DNA of 64,000 nt, taken from positions 628,816 to 692,815 of the forward strand of contig CAZKGL010000001.1 in assembly GCA_964552565.1 (NCBI GenBank), in the 5' to 3' direction. Each line of letters begins with the position of its first letter. Position 1 is the first letter of the stretch. The notes under the pieces are model-generated. The model saw only the letters and a program-made list of their open reading frames with translations. It made no database searches and was not told where the DNA came from. The translations under genes and the position numbers were made by a program. The DNA comes from an uncultured Gammaproteobacteria bacterium (GTDB lineage: Bacteria; Patescibacteriota; Patescibacteriia; UBA9934). This document shows positions 48,379 through 58,461 of the stretch, in pieces.

Positions 48379-51300
48379 TCACCGCACGTTCGTTTCGCCA
48401 ACGATGGCGCCGATACGCTCGAGGATGGCGCGGGAGCGGGCAATCTTGTACTCGGTCGCGATTTTGCGCATCTTCCCGCCGCTTTCCACCATGAGATAGA
48501 CCTGTTCGCGGCCCGGGGCGGACTCGAAGACCTCCCGCAGTTTCATAATCATCTCGTGCGACGGCTTTTCCGGGGCGACGATGGTGACGCCGTCCGCTTC
48601 GGTGGATGGTGCATGGGGGATGGTGGACGGGTCGCTATCGTCCGGGAAACCCGCGCGCAGGCGCTCGGCAAGCGCCGGGACGTCCCTCTCTTCAAACGTG
48701 ATGAGCGCATCGCACAACACCGAGTGCTCGAGCGCCGGAGCCTTCTCTTCTCCCCCTTCTCCCTCTTCTCCCCCGTATCCCCTCCTCCCTTCGCGCACCG
48801 ACACCTTCCCTTTCACGACGACCAGCGTGTCAGGCAGGAGCTTTTCCCGAATGCGGGCGTACACTTTCGGAAACACCACAACCTCAAGCGGCCCCGTGGC
48901 GTCTTCGACGCGCACGAACGCCATGGGCTCGTTCTTTTTCTTGGTGAAGATTTGCTTTACGGCGACGATGACGCCGGCGACACTCGCCTGCGCCCCGTCC
49001 TCGAGCGCGGCCACGCCCGCAAGCGGCACGACGCTCCCCTGAAACGCGTCGGCAAAAATGACGCCGGGGTGCGTGCTGACGTACATGCCGAGGAGCTCCT
49101 TCTCCCAGCCGAGAATCTCGCTCTTGGGCTGCGGCGGCGCGGGGCGGAGCGAAATCTTCGCCTCGACGATCGTTGGCGCGAGGTCGAACAGCGAGACCTG
49201 GTTGCGGTCGGCCGACGCGTTGACGTGCTTGTTGTAGAGGAGCAGCTGGTCGAGGTTGTGGAACAGGCGGCCGCGGTCGTCAAAACGGTCGAGCGCGCCG
49301 GTTTTGATGAGCGCCTCGAGGGTCTTCTTGTTGAACGTGTTCGCATGGATGCGCGAGAGGAAGTCGGCGAGGTCGGCGTACGGGCCGCCCTTCTTGCGTT
49401 CGCGGACGATAATCTCCGCAATCTCGCTGCCGACGTTCTTGATGGCCCGCAAGCCCCAACGGATGTTGCGCGTCCCCGCGACCACGGCAAAACCCGGGAA
49501 CGATTCGTTCACGTCCGGCGGCAAGACCTTGAGCCCCATGCGTTCGCACTCCGCGACTTCGATGGTGATGCGGTCGAGGTTGCCCGAGTCGCTGTTCATG
49601 AGCGCGGCCATGAACTCCGCCGGGTAGTACGCCTTGAGGTACGCGGTACGGTACGCGATGAGCGCGTAACAGGCGGCGTGCGACTTGTTGAAACCGTACG
49701 CAGCAAAGTCTTCGAGCTTCTGGAAAATGGCGGTCGCGACCGTATCTTTGACCCCGTTCTTCGCGGCGCCTTCGATGAACTTCACCTTCATCTTTGCCAT
49801 GAGCTCGGCGATCTTCTTGCCCATCGCCTTGCGCAGCGTATCTGCTTCGCCACCGGTAAACCCCGCGAGGTCCTTGCTGACCTGCATGACCTGCTCCTGG
49901 TACACCGGGATGCCGTACGTCTCCTTGAACGAGTTCTCCATGAGCGGGTGCTCGTACGCCACCGGCTCCTCGCCATGCTTGCGGCGAATATAGCTCTCGA
50001 TGAACTGCATCGGGCCCGGGCGGTACAAGGACACCATGGCGATGATGTCCTCGAACACGCTCGGCTTCAGTTCGCGGATGTAGCGCTTCATGCCGTCGGA
50101 TTCCAACTGGAATACGCCGGTCGTTTCGCCGCGGCCGAGGAGGTCGAACGCCTTCTTGTCGTCGAGCGGGATAGTGTCGATGTCGATCGTGACGCCATGC
50201 ACCGCCTCGATGATCTCGAGCGTGTCTTCGATGATGGTGAGGTTGGATAGTCCGAGGAAGTCCATTTTGACGAGCCCCGCCGCCTCCGCGGAGTTCAGCG
50301 AGTACTGCGTCACGAACGCCATGTCCTCGTGCTGCCCTTGCTGCAGCGGCACGCGCTCCACAAGCGGCTTGTCGCCGATGACGATGCCGCACGCGTGCTG
50401 CGACGCGTGGCGCGGGTTGCCCTCGAGCTTCATGGCGAGGTCGATGACCCGTCGCGCCATGGGGTTGCTTTGGTACAGGTTGCGCAGGTCCGGCGCCTCG
50501 ACGATCGCCTCCTTGAGCGGCGTGTGCTTGCCCTGCACCGGCGGCGGGACGCACTTCGCAATGACGTCCGCCTCCTGGAACGACAGGCCGAGCACGCGGG
50601 CGGCGTCGCGCACTGCGGCGCGGGGCATGAGCGTCCCAAACGTGATGATGCCGGCGCAGTGGTCGGCGCCGTACTTGTGCGTGATGTACTCGAGCACCTT
50701 GCCGCGCCCGCGGTCGGCGAAGTCGGTATCGATATCGGGCATCGACACGCGATCCGGGTTTAGGAAGCGCTCAAAGAGGAGGCCGTACCGCAATGGCTCG
50801 ATGTCGGTGATGCGGAGCGCGTACGCGACGAGCGAGCCCGCCGCAGACCCGCGGCCCGGCCCGACGAGGACGTCGTTGTTCTTCGCCCAGTTGATGTAGT
50901 CTTGGACGATGAGGAAGTACGACGAAAACCCCATCTTCACAATCACGCCGTACTCGTACTCGAACCGTTCCATGACCTCGGGAGCGATGGGGTCGCCATA
51001 ACGTTCCTTGAGACCCCGGATGCACAGGTCGCGCATGTATTCGTTGTCGGTTTTCCCTTCCGGCAACGGGAAGATGGGCAGGAAGTTGTTGCCGAGCTCC
51101 ATGGTGAACGCGATCTGCTCGGCAATGCGCGTCGTGTTCGCGAGCGCCTCGGGTACGTCGGCGAAATATGCGCAGACCTCTTCCGGCGTGCCGAACGAAA
51201 GGTCCACGTCGTCGGTCGACGTGCGGCGGAAGTCCTCAAGCGTGCGGCCGCGCTGAATACACAGCTGCGCCTCGTAGCCTTCGCGGTCTTCGGGGTCGAG

Positions 51301-51936
51301 GTAGAAGACGTTGCGCGTGGCGACGAGCGGGACGCCGAGCTCGGCGGAGAGTTTTTTGTATGCCTCGTTCACCTCGACCTGCCGCGGCATGTCCGGGTGG
51401 TGGATGAGCTCGAGGTAAAAATGCTCTTTGCCGAAGATCTGCTGGTAGTCGGCAACGAGCGCCTTCGCCTTGTCATGGTCGTCGGACAAGATGGCGGCGG
51501 CGATGTCGTTGCTGACGCTGCCCGAGAGCGCGATGAGCCCTGCGGCGTGCTCGCGCAAAAACGGCTTGTCGATGCGCGGCTTGTAGTAGAAGCCCTCAAG
51601 GTAGGCGACGGTGGAGATTTTGAGGAGGTTGCGGTAACCCTCCGCGTTTTTTGCAAGAAGCACGATGCGCAGCGGCCGGTCGTCGACGCGCGGACGGCGG
51701 TCCGTCATGCGGTACGGCGCAAGGTACGTGTCCATGCCGATGATCGCCTTCATCTCGGCATCCTTGCATGCCTTGAAGAACTCCACCGCGCCGTACAAGG
51801 CGCCGTTGTCCGTGAGCGCAAGCGCCTTCATGCCCAAATCCTTCGCACGCTTCACGAGCGCCTTCGGCTTCGGCAGCGCCTCAAGGAGCGAGTAGTGCGA
51901 ATGGTTGTGGAGATAAACAAAATCCTTCGGATCCAT
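48379..51936 (-). CDS. dnaE: DNA polymerase III alpha subunit
   Basis: PHP domain start (FVYLHNHSHYSLLEA), palm motifs (GPGRGSAAGSLVAYALRITDIEP, DIDTDF), OB-fold tail. Start set at MDPKDF (alternative MRIMDPKDF at 51945). Confidence 0.95.
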   Translation of the reverse strand: MDPKDFVYLHNHSHYSLLEALPKPKALVKRAKDLGMKALALTDNGALYGAVEFFKACKDAEMKAIIGMDTYLAPYRMTDRRPRVDDRPLRIVLLAKNAEGYRNLLKISTVAYLEGFYYKPRIDKPFLREHAAGLIALSGSVSNDIAAAILSDDHDKAKALVADYQQIFGKEHFYLELIHHPDMPRQVEVNEAYKKLSAELGVPLVATRNVFYLDPEDREGYEAQLCIQRGRTLEDFRRTSTDDVDLSFGTPEEVCAYFADVPEALANTTRIAEQIAFTMELGNNFLPIFPLPEGKTDNEYMRDLCIRGLKERYGDPIAPEVMERFEYEYGVIVKMGFSSYFLIVQDYINWAKNNDVLVGPGRGSAAGSLVAYALRITDIEPLRYGLLFERFLNPDRVSMPDIDTDFADRGRGKVLEYITHKYGADHCAGIITFGTLMPRAAVRDAARVLGLSFQEADVIAKCVPPPVQGKHTPLKEAIVEAPDLRNLYQSNPMARRVIDLAMKLEGNPRHASQHACGIVIGDKPLVERVPLQQGQHEDMAFVTQYSLNSAEAAGLVKMDFLGLSNLTIIEDTLEIIEAVHGVTIDIDTIPLDDKKAFDLLGRGETTGVFQLESDGMKRYIRELKPSVFEDIIAMVSLYRPGPMQFIESYIRRKHGEEPVAYEHPLMENSFKETYGIPVYQEQVMQVSKDLAGFTGGEADTLRKAMGKKIAELMAKMKVKFIEGAAKNGVKDTVATAIFQKLEDFAAYGFNKSHAACYALIAYRTAYLKAYYPAEFMAALMNSDSGNLDRITIEVAECERMGLKVLPPDVNESFPGFAVVAGTRNIRWGLRAIKNVGSEIAEIIVRERKKGGPYADLADFLSRIHANTFNKKTLEALIKTGALDRFDDRGRLFHNLDQLLLYNKHVNASADRNQVSLFDLAPTIVEAKISLRPAPPQPKSEILGWEKELLGMYVSTHPGVIFADAFQGSVVPLAGVAALEDGAQASVAGVIVAVKQIFTKKKNEPMAFVRVEDATGPLEVVVFPKVYARIREKLLPDTLVVVKGKVSVREGRRGYGGEEGEGGEEKAPALEHSVLCDALITFEERDVPALAERLRAGFPDDSDPSTIPHAPSTEADGVTIVAPEKPSHEMIMKLREVFESAPGREQVYLMVESGGKMRKIATEYKIARSRAILERIGAIVGETNVR

Positions 51937-52127
51937 AATCCTCATCGACGCAATGCCGTTGCATCGTATCAGACTCAAACCGAAAAACCGAGTGGAAAAG
52001 TGTGTTGACATTGAGCGCTTTTCTCCATATCATGGTGATAAGGCAGGTAGGTAGCAATGCCTCATTCTGGCTGACCAAAGAGACTCCCCATATCGCTTTT
52101 GCGGTTGGGGAGCTTTTTGTTCTCTCC

Positions 52128-52201
52128 GGGGGCGTGGGGTCAGCGGTCAACCTACCTGTCTTGTCAGCCAGGTGACACGGGTTCAAATCCCGTCGCCTCC
52201 A
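52128..52201 (+). tRNA. tRNA-like gene without encoded CCA and with a non-canonical anticodon arm (UGU by register)
   Basis: 74 nt: acceptor GGGGGCG/CGCCTCC, D-arm GGGT/ACCT, perfect T-arm ACGGG-TTCAAAT-CCCGT, discriminator A. The anticodon stem CCTGT/GCCAG has two internal mismatches and the loop CTTGTCA carries C at position 37. A terminator follows immediately. Confidence 0.55.
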
Positions 52202-52205
52202 TAGC

Positions 52206-52229
52206 AAAACCGGCCATTCGGCCGGTTTT
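52206..52229. terminator. bidirectional rho-independent terminator
   Basis: AAAACCGGCC-attc-GGCCGGTTTT; serves the tRNA-like gene on the plus strand and the pheS-pheT-small-gene operon on the minus strand. Confidence 0.7.
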
Positions 52230-52233
52230 GCGC

Positions 52234-52503
52234 TTAATCATGCCGGTCGCGTCGGATGACGTCGACGAGGCGCTTGAGGGCGTCGGCGACGGTGATGAAG
52301 AGCGACGTCCCCGAGTCGAACTTGGATTTGATGCCGGCGATGCTGCGGTCGAGGAGGTCGATTTTGCGCTCCACGAGCTCGAGCACTTCATGCGCCCTGC
52401 GGATGATGGTGACCACCTGGTACATGAGCCAGCACAGAAAGGCGGTAAACCACAGCGCGCAGAACATGAGCACGATGTAGAGCATGTCTTGTGTCTCGAG
52501 CAT
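52234..52503 (-). CDS. small membrane protein (DUF948-like TM plus coiled coil), last gene of the pheST operon
   Basis: 89 aa; AGGAGG 5 nt before the ATG; TM helix then a coiled-coil region; 18 nt downstream of the pheT stop. Confidence 0.6.
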   Translation of the reverse strand: MLETQDMLYIVLMFCALWFTAFLCWLMYQVVTIIRRAHEVLELVERKIDLLDRSIAGIKSKFDSGTSLFITVADALKRLVDVIRRDRHD

Positions 52504-52521
52504 AGGATCCTCCTTACACGG

Positions 52522-54888
52522 TTATGACCGCAGTATACCGCCAAACGTCGTTTCCAGCATCTTCCCCGCGCGGTCGAGTTCAGCCTGTGCTTCCTCGCTC
52601 GTCAGCGTCCGGTCCGGCGCAGCGATGGTCACGGACAGCGTCATGCTCTTCTTCCCTTCCGGAACCCCGGTGCCGCGGTACATGTCCGCAAGCGCGACGT
52701 CCGCCACCATGCCGACCTTCACCGCAGCCGCGACGTCATGGAACGCCACGCGCTCATCCACGATAACGGAAAGGTCGCGTGTGATCGACGGGAATTCCGA
52801 CAGCGGCACATAGCGGTGCGTGAGCCGCATCTCCCCGAACAGCGCATCAAGCTCGACGAGAGCAACCATCACCCGTCGGTCGACGCCGAACGCCGACTGG
52901 ATCGTGTCTGCAACTTCGCCGATCATGCCTGCCGCATGGTCGCCGAGGAACACGCTCCCCGAACGGGTCGGGTGCCAGCGATTACTGATGCTTTCACGGG
53001 AGATATCGAGGCGGAGGCCGGTCTTTGCCGCGAACGCTTCAAGCGTACCGCGCAACCGCATGTACGCCGCTTCGGCGTCGTCGTACCCATATTCGCCAAA
53101 CACAAGATGCGTCGCCTCTTCCGGCAGATCCTCTCGCTTCAGGTACACACGCGAGAGCTCGAAGAACCGGCCGGCACGTGTGTGGCCCTGGTTCCGCCCA
53201 ACCGCACGCATGATGGACGGCATGAGGCTCATGCGCATGTGGCTCTGGTCGGACGCGAGCGGGTTCAAGAGCGCGTAGGCGTCGTTCGGATCGAGCCCAT
53301 ACTTCGCAAGGTCGTCCGCGCTGACGAACGAATCGCTGTAGAACTCGTTGTAGCCGGACGCGGCGAGGAACCGTTTCGTAAAGCGCTCCCACGTCACGGC
53401 CGCGGGTTCTTGCGTCGTCGGCGGCGCGCCGGCCGGCAAGATGGACGGCATTTCGTGGTAGCCGTAGATGCGCGCGACTTCTTCCGTCAGGTCGATGGCG
53501 TCTTCAATGTCATGGTCGCGCCACCACGGCACCGTGACCTGGTCGCCGTCGATGGTAAAACCGAGCTGCGTCAGAATTTCCTTGATGCGCTCGTCGCTCA
53601 CGTCAACGCCGATGCGGTCACGGATCTTTTCGGGGCGGAGCGGGAAAACGAGCGGCGCGTACTCCTTTGTGCGCACGTCGCTGACCTTGCTTGCGACCGA
53701 CCCGCCGGCGACCTCACGCACCAACGCGACCGCGCGCGCCAAGGCATGCGGCAACGCTTCGGTGGAAAGGCCCTTCTCGAAGAGTAGCTGCGCGTCCGAC
53801 TGGAGATTCAGTGCGCGCGACGTACGGCGGATCGACGTCCCGTCGAATGCGGACGCGGAAAGAACGACGGTCTTCGTCGAGTCCGTCGTACCCGTATGTT
53901 CGCCGCCCATGATGCCCGCGACGTCGAGCGGCTTGACTGCGTCTGCAAGCACGAGCTCTCCGTCGAGTTCGTACTCCTTCCCGTTGAGGAGCGTGATCTT
54001 CTCCCCCTTCTTTGCCCCGCGAACGCGAATCTCGCCGCCCTCGATGGCGCGGTAGTCGAACGCGTGGAGCGGCTGTGCGTACTCGAGGAGGACGTAGTTC
54101 GTGATGTCGACGATGTTGTTGATGGGGCGCACGCCGGCCATGAGCAGGCGCTTCTGCAGCCACCACGGCGAGGGCGCGACGGTCACGTCGTCGATCACGA
54201 TGGCCATTTGGCGGAAGCAGCGCGTCGGGTCGTCGATGGCGACCGAGAACGGCAGCGCGGTGCCGCCCGCAGGAAGCGACGGCGGCTGCCATGCAAACGC
54301 GGAGTCCGTCGCGGCACCCGCCTCGCGCGCCAGCCCGACGATACCCATGGCGTCCGGACGGTTCGTGGTGATTTCAATGTCGAACATGACATCGTCAAGC
54401 CCAAGCGCTTCGGCAAGCGGCGTGCCCGCCGGCGCCGTGACGATATCCGACAGGTCCCAAATCATCCGGTCGCCCTTCTCAAGCGCGTCAAAGCCGACCT
54501 CCGACGGACCGCAAATCATGCCGACGCTCTTCACGCCGCGGATCTCCGTCTCGCCAAGCGTGATGTACTCCCCTTCGCCATGCCAGCGGACGCGCGCACC
54601 GGGCAGCGCCACGCAGACCTTCATCCCCTCGGCGACATTCACGCCGCCACAGACGACATCGACCGTCTGCGCACCGATATTCACGGTAACGATGCGCAAC
54701 TTGTCCGCGTTCGGATGTGCCCGCACTTCATTCACCAACCCCACCACGCACTTGTCGAGGCGCGCGGCGACGTCATCGATCTTCTCGACCGACATGGAAC
54801 GAAGGCTGATTTCGCGCGCAAAGTCTTCCGGAGCGAGCGCGCTCTTCACGTATTCCTTCAGCCAGTTGTAGGAAGCGAGATTGTTCAT
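52522..54888 (-). CDS. pheT: phenylalanyl-tRNA synthetase beta subunit
   Basis: 788 aa; N-terminal tRNA-binding domain (MNNLASYNWLKEY...HPNADKLRIV), B3/B4 and B5 domains, C-terminal FDX-ACB domain. Confidence 0.95.
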   Translation of the reverse strand: MNNLASYNWLKEYVKSALAPEDFAREISLRSMSVEKIDDVAARLDKCVVGLVNEVRAHPNADKLRIVTVNIGAQTVDVVCGGVNVAEGMKVCVALPGARVRWHGEGEYITLGETEIRGVKSVGMICGPSEVGFDALEKGDRMIWDLSDIVTAPAGTPLAEALGLDDVMFDIEITTNRPDAMGIVGLAREAGAATDSAFAWQPPSLPAGGTALPFSVAIDDPTRCFRQMAIVIDDVTVAPSPWWLQKRLLMAGVRPINNIVDITNYVLLEYAQPLHAFDYRAIEGGEIRVRGAKKGEKITLLNGKEYELDGELVLADAVKPLDVAGIMGGEHTGTTDSTKTVVLSASAFDGTSIRRTSRALNLQSDAQLLFEKGLSTEALPHALARAVALVREVAGGSVASKVSDVRTKEYAPLVFPLRPEKIRDRIGVDVSDERIKEILTQLGFTIDGDQVTVPWWRDHDIEDAIDLTEEVARIYGYHEMPSILPAGAPPTTQEPAAVTWERFTKRFLAASGYNEFYSDSFVSADDLAKYGLDPNDAYALLNPLASDQSHMRMSLMPSIMRAVGRNQGHTRAGRFFELSRVYLKREDLPEEATHLVFGEYGYDDAEAAYMRLRGTLEAFAAKTGLRLDISRESISNRWHPTRSGSVFLGDHAAGMIGEVADTIQSAFGVDRRVMVALVELDALFGEMRLTHRYVPLSEFPSITRDLSVIVDERVAFHDVAAAVKVGMVADVALADMYRGTGVPEGKKSMTLSVTIAAPDRTLTSEEAQAELDRAGKMLETTFGGILRS

Positions 54889-55024
54889 AGGGTTTGCGGC
54901 GGGGTGCGGGGATCCCGCCTATGTATTTGGACCGTATGCCGGGTGACGCGGAACAGGATCCCTGCCAGCACGCAGCGTCAGCGAGTACTGGCGGGGTGTT
55001 CCGCGGCAGGACCCGGCAAGGACG

Positions 55025-56119
55025 CTAAAATTGGGTGATAAACCTCAGGTCGTTGCGGTACAGGATGCGGATGTCGTCGATGTTCACGCCGGCACGCATC
55101 ATCATGGTGCGTTCGACACCCCAGCCGAACGCAAAGCCGGAATACTTTTCCGGGTCGAGGCCGCCGGCCTTGATGACGTTCGGGTGCACCATGCCGGCGC
55201 CGCCGAGCTCCAACCATCCCTCTTTACACAACTTACACTTCACCCCGTTCACCTTGCCGGTGCCGCCACAGACGCCGCAGGAGATGTCGAGCTCGAAACT
55301 CGGTTCGGTAAAACGGAAATGGAACGGACGCAGCCGCGTCACGCGGTCCGGACCGAAATAGCTCTTGGCAAAATAATCGCAGACGCCCTTCAACTCGGTT
55401 ACGGACGCATGCGTGTCGATGACAAGGCCCTCGAACTGGTGGAACATCGGCAGGTGGCGCGCCGTGGCTTGGCGGCGGTAGCACTTCCCGATCGAAATCA
55501 TGCGGATCGGCAACTCCCCTTTCTCCATCTCGCGCACTTGGCCGTTGCTCGTGTGCGGCGTCAGCACCACCTTCCCTTTTGCGCCGGTCCGTACGTCCTT
55601 GCCCTCGTCATCCGCGACGAAAAACGTCTCCCACTCGTCGCGCGCCGGGTGCTCTTTGGGCATGTTGAGCGACGCGAACGCGTAGTAGTCCCAGTCGATC
55701 TCGGGGTGTCGCGAACGGACAAAGCCGACGCGCGTAAAAATATTCGTGATGTCTTCGATGGCCTGCGACGTGAGGTGCAGGTGCCCGGTGCTGGGCGGCG
55801 TGCCCGGGAGCGTCACGTCGAGCCACTCGCGCTCTGCCTTCGCCGACTGTTCGGCAGCGGTCACGCGGGCCTCGGCCTCTGCAAATGCGGACTCTGCCGC
55901 GAGCTTCACATCGTTTGCAACGACGCCGACCGCTTTCTTTTCGTCCGGCGACAACGCGGCAAGGCCTTTCATGAGTTCGGCGAGCCTGCCCTTGCGCCCC
56001 AAAAACTCCACGCGGACGGCCTCAAGGCGTTCGGTATCCGTGACGCCCGCGAGGGCGGCTTCGATCTCGCCCCGGAGGGCGCGGAGTGCGTTTTCCATAC
56101 TAATTGAAGAGTCCGACAA
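55025..56119 (-). CDS. pheS: phenylalanyl-tRNA synthetase alpha subunit
   Basis: Class II core motifs (FRPSYFPFTEPS-like FRFTEPSFELD, GAGMVHPNV, GFAFGWGVERTMM). An alternative start MENALRAL at 56098 would abut the rseP stop. Confidence 0.95.
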   Translation of the reverse strand: MSDSSISMENALRALRGEIEAALAGVTDTERLEAVRVEFLGRKGRLAELMKGLAALSPDEKKAVGVVANDVKLAAESAFAEAEARVTAAEQSAKAEREWLDVTLPGTPPSTGHLHLTSQAIEDITNIFTRVGFVRSRHPEIDWDYYAFASLNMPKEHPARDEWETFFVADDEGKDVRTGAKGKVVLTPHTSNGQVREMEKGELPIRMISIGKCYRRQATARHLPMFHQFEGLVIDTHASVTELKGVCDYFAKSYFGPDRVTRLRPFHFRFTEPSFELDISCGVCGGTGKVNGVKCKLCKEGWLELGGAGMVHPNVIKAGGLDPEKYSGFAFGWGVERTMMMRAGVNIDDIRILYRNDLRFITQF

Positions 56120-57176
56120 TGTCGCGGAAGGTTACTACAAGCACCAAAAGCATCAAGAGGGCGAAACCGATGGTGTGCACGGTCTGTTCGAACTGGGCGC
56201 TCGCCTTTTTGCGACGGATCGCCTCGAGGAACAGGAACGCAATGCGGCCGCCATCGAGCGCGGGGATCGGGAGCGCATTGAGTACCGCAAGGTTAATGGA
56301 AAGCATCGCCGCGAACTGGAGGAGGTGCGCGAAGCCCATCTTGGCGACCTCGCCGGTGACGACCGCGATGCCGACCGGGCCCGCGATCTCCGCGTCGACC
56401 GGCGCGTCGGTGACAAGGTTGACGACGAGCGTCACGAGCGCAAGGACGATCTGGATGGTCGCCGACACGGTCGCCTCGATGCCCTTGAGCGGAGCCAGGT
56501 ACCACGGGAAGCGCACCGTGCCGGTCTCAAGGAGGCCGACGCCGACCGCTTCGCGGCCGATCGTGTCCACGAACGCCGTGTCGACCGTGACCGTGATGAC
56601 CTCCTCGCCGCGCGCGAGGACGAGTGCGAATGGGCCTTCACCTGGCGCCAGCGCGGCGCGCGCCGCATCGCTGTCATCGTACGGCGTGCCGTCGATGGAA
56701 AGCAGCCGGTCGCCGACCTCGATACCGGCCTCTTCGGCAGGAGAACCCTCGACGACTTCAAGGACATGCACTGCGGGGTCGCTCACTGCGCCGCCCGCGA
56801 TGCCGTCTTCGGTGACGGTCGGCATGCCGACCATGAACCCTGCGGTAAAGATGATGGCGGCCGCGACCAAGTTCATGAGGACGCCGGCGATGAGCACGAT
56901 AAACCGTTTCGGGATGCTCTTGCGCGCAAAACTGTCCGGTGCGTCCGCCTGTTCGCCGCCCTCGCCCTTGATTTTCACAAAGCCGCCGAGTGGGATGGCG
57001 TTCACGCTGACCGTCATGCCGTCGCGCCGCTTCCATGACAGGAGCCGCGGCGGGAACCCGAGGCCGAACTCTTCGACCGTCATCCCGGCCTTTTTCGCGG
57101 CGATATAATGCCCCCACTCGTGCGCCAAAACCAAGATGGAGAGGAGTGCAAGAAACAACAACACGGTCCAAATCAT
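56100..57176 (-). CDS. rseP: site-2 protease (M50 family, RseP-like) with PDZ domain
   Basis: HEWGHY zinc motif in TM1, central PDZ domain (EVVEGSPAEEAGIEVGDRLLSIDG), C-terminal NLAVLNALPIPALDGG motif. Confidence 0.85.
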   Translation of the reverse strand: MIWTVLLFLALLSILVLAHEWGHYIAAKKAGMTVEEFGLGFPPRLLSWKRRDGMTVSVNAIPLGGFVKIKGEGGEQADAPDSFARKSIPKRFIVLIAGVLMNLVAAAIIFTAGFMVGMPTVTEDGIAGGAVSDPAVHVLEVVEGSPAEEAGIEVGDRLLSIDGTPYDDSDAARAALAPGEGPFALVLARGEEVITVTVDTAFVDTIGREAVGVGLLETGTVRFPWYLAPLKGIEATVSATIQIVLALVTLVVNLVTDAPVDAEIAGPVGIAVVTGEVAKMGFAHLLQFAAMLSINLAVLNALPIPALDGGRIAFLFLEAIRRKKASAQFEQTVHTIGFALLMLLVLVVTFRDIVGLFN

Positions 57177-57201
57177 ACGCGCAAAGTGTACCGAGAAAAC
57201 C

Positions 57202-58461
57202 CTACAATTTCAAACCCGCAACCGCATCCGCAAACATCTCGCCCCGCTGTTCGAAGTTCTTGAATTGCCCATAGCTCGGGGATGCCGGAGACATGAGGCA
57301 CACTCCCCCGCTTGGCATGTGCTCGAGTGACTTCTTCACGGCTTCATCGAGGTCGCCAACGCGCTCGGCCTGGACGCCAACGTCTTCGAGCGCGGCAAAC
57401 AACCGGTCGCCGCCCGGCATGACCAGCGCGAGGACGTGCGGGAGTTGCTTCAGGCGTTTTGCGAGCGCGGAAAAGTCATAGCCACGGTCCTGCCCACCAA
57501 GGATGATGGCGCCAAGCCGCTTCTCGTACACATCAATCGCCGCAAGCGCCGACTGCGGGGTCGTCGAAATGGAATCATTCACAAACGTCACGCCGCGCAC
57601 CTCGCCCACCTCCTGCAGGCGGTGCGGCAACGGGACGAACGACGCAAATGCGTCGCGCACGATGCCACGGTCGATGCCGAGGTGGTCGCACACCGCGAGC
57701 ACGCCGCGCGCATTCGTCCGGTTGTGTTCGCCCTTCACCGTCAGCGCATCGAGAACCGCATCGTCCGCAGCAAACGGAAGCGCTGTCGCCTTCGTGCGTG
57801 CCGCGAGGTCCGCAAGCCGCGGGAATGCATCGTTATACACGAGGACGTCACGCTCCGACATGATCTCGCCGAGGCGCAGCTTCGCCGACTGGTACGCCGC
57901 GACGCTGCCGTGCCAGTCCATGTGCTCTTCGTAGAGATTCAGGATGACGCCGATGTCCGGCGGCGTCGTGAGGTCGGACAACTGGTAGCTCGACAGCTCA
58001 ACGACGAACACCGTGTCGTCCGGCGCATCAAGCTCCGCGAGCGCGGGGCTGCCGATATTCCCCACGAGCCGCGCCGACGTGCCTGCAGCGGTCAGCACGT
58101 GCGCAAGGAGCGACGCGGTCGTCGACTTCCCCTTCGTCCCCGTGATGCCGATGAGAAGGCCGCGCCCCTTGCGCTCGGCGAAAAAAATGTTCGTGGCCGA
58201 CGTGATGGTCGCCCCTTCCGCAAGAAACTTCTGCACGCCCGGACGGTGCGGCGGGATCCCGGGCGATTTGATGACGACGGTGTCCGCGTCGGCCGTAAGC
58301 GCATTCAGCGGCGCATACTCGGGGATGTCGAGCGTCAGCTCCGCCTCGTCGGTGACGGTTGCCGTGATGCCGCGCGTCCCGAGCGCCGCAAACGTGGCCT
58401 GGCCTTCCTTGCCAAACCCGAGGATGATGACGCGTTTTCCCTTAAGCCCCTTGATGTCCAT
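57202..58461 (-). CDS. murD: UDP-N-acetylmuramoylalanine--D-glutamate ligase
   Basis: GKRVIILGFGKEG Rossmann start; Mur-ligase motifs (GITGTKGKSTTASL; DDSISTTPQS). Start trimmed to MDIKGLKG. Confidence 0.9.
   Translation of the reverse strand: MDIKGLKGKRVIILGFGKEGQATFAALGTRGITATVTDEAELTLDIPEYAPLNALTADADTVVIKSPGIPPHRPGVQKFLAEGATITSATNIFFAERKGRGLLIGITGTKGKSTTASLLAHVLTAAGTSARLVGNIGSPALAELDAPDDTVFVVELSSYQLSDLTTPPDIGVILNLYEEHMDWHGSVAAYQSAKLRLGEIMSERDVLVYNDAFPRLADLAARTKATALPFAADDAVLDALTVKGEHNRTNARGVLAVCDHLGIDRGIVRDAFASFVPLPHRLQEVGEVRGVTFVNDSISTTPQSALAAIDVYEKRLGAIILGGQDRGYDFSALAKRLKQLPHVLALVMPGGDRLFAALEDVGVQAERVGDLDEAVKKSLEHMPSGGVCLMSPASPSYGQFKNFEQRGEMFADAVAGLKL

Noticed and set aside
48556-52008. 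564-aa and 368-aa plus-strand ORFs
   Set aside because: Both lie entirely within dnaE on the opposite strand and are Arg/Asp/Val/Leu-rich antisense artefacts.
52021-52230. tmRNA (ssrA), standard or circularly permuted
   Set aside because: The tRNA-like domain is contiguous over 74 nt rather than split. No tag reading frame ending in Ala-Ala-stop and no GGAUUCGAC-type 5' element are present. The whole intergenic space is only about 190 nt.
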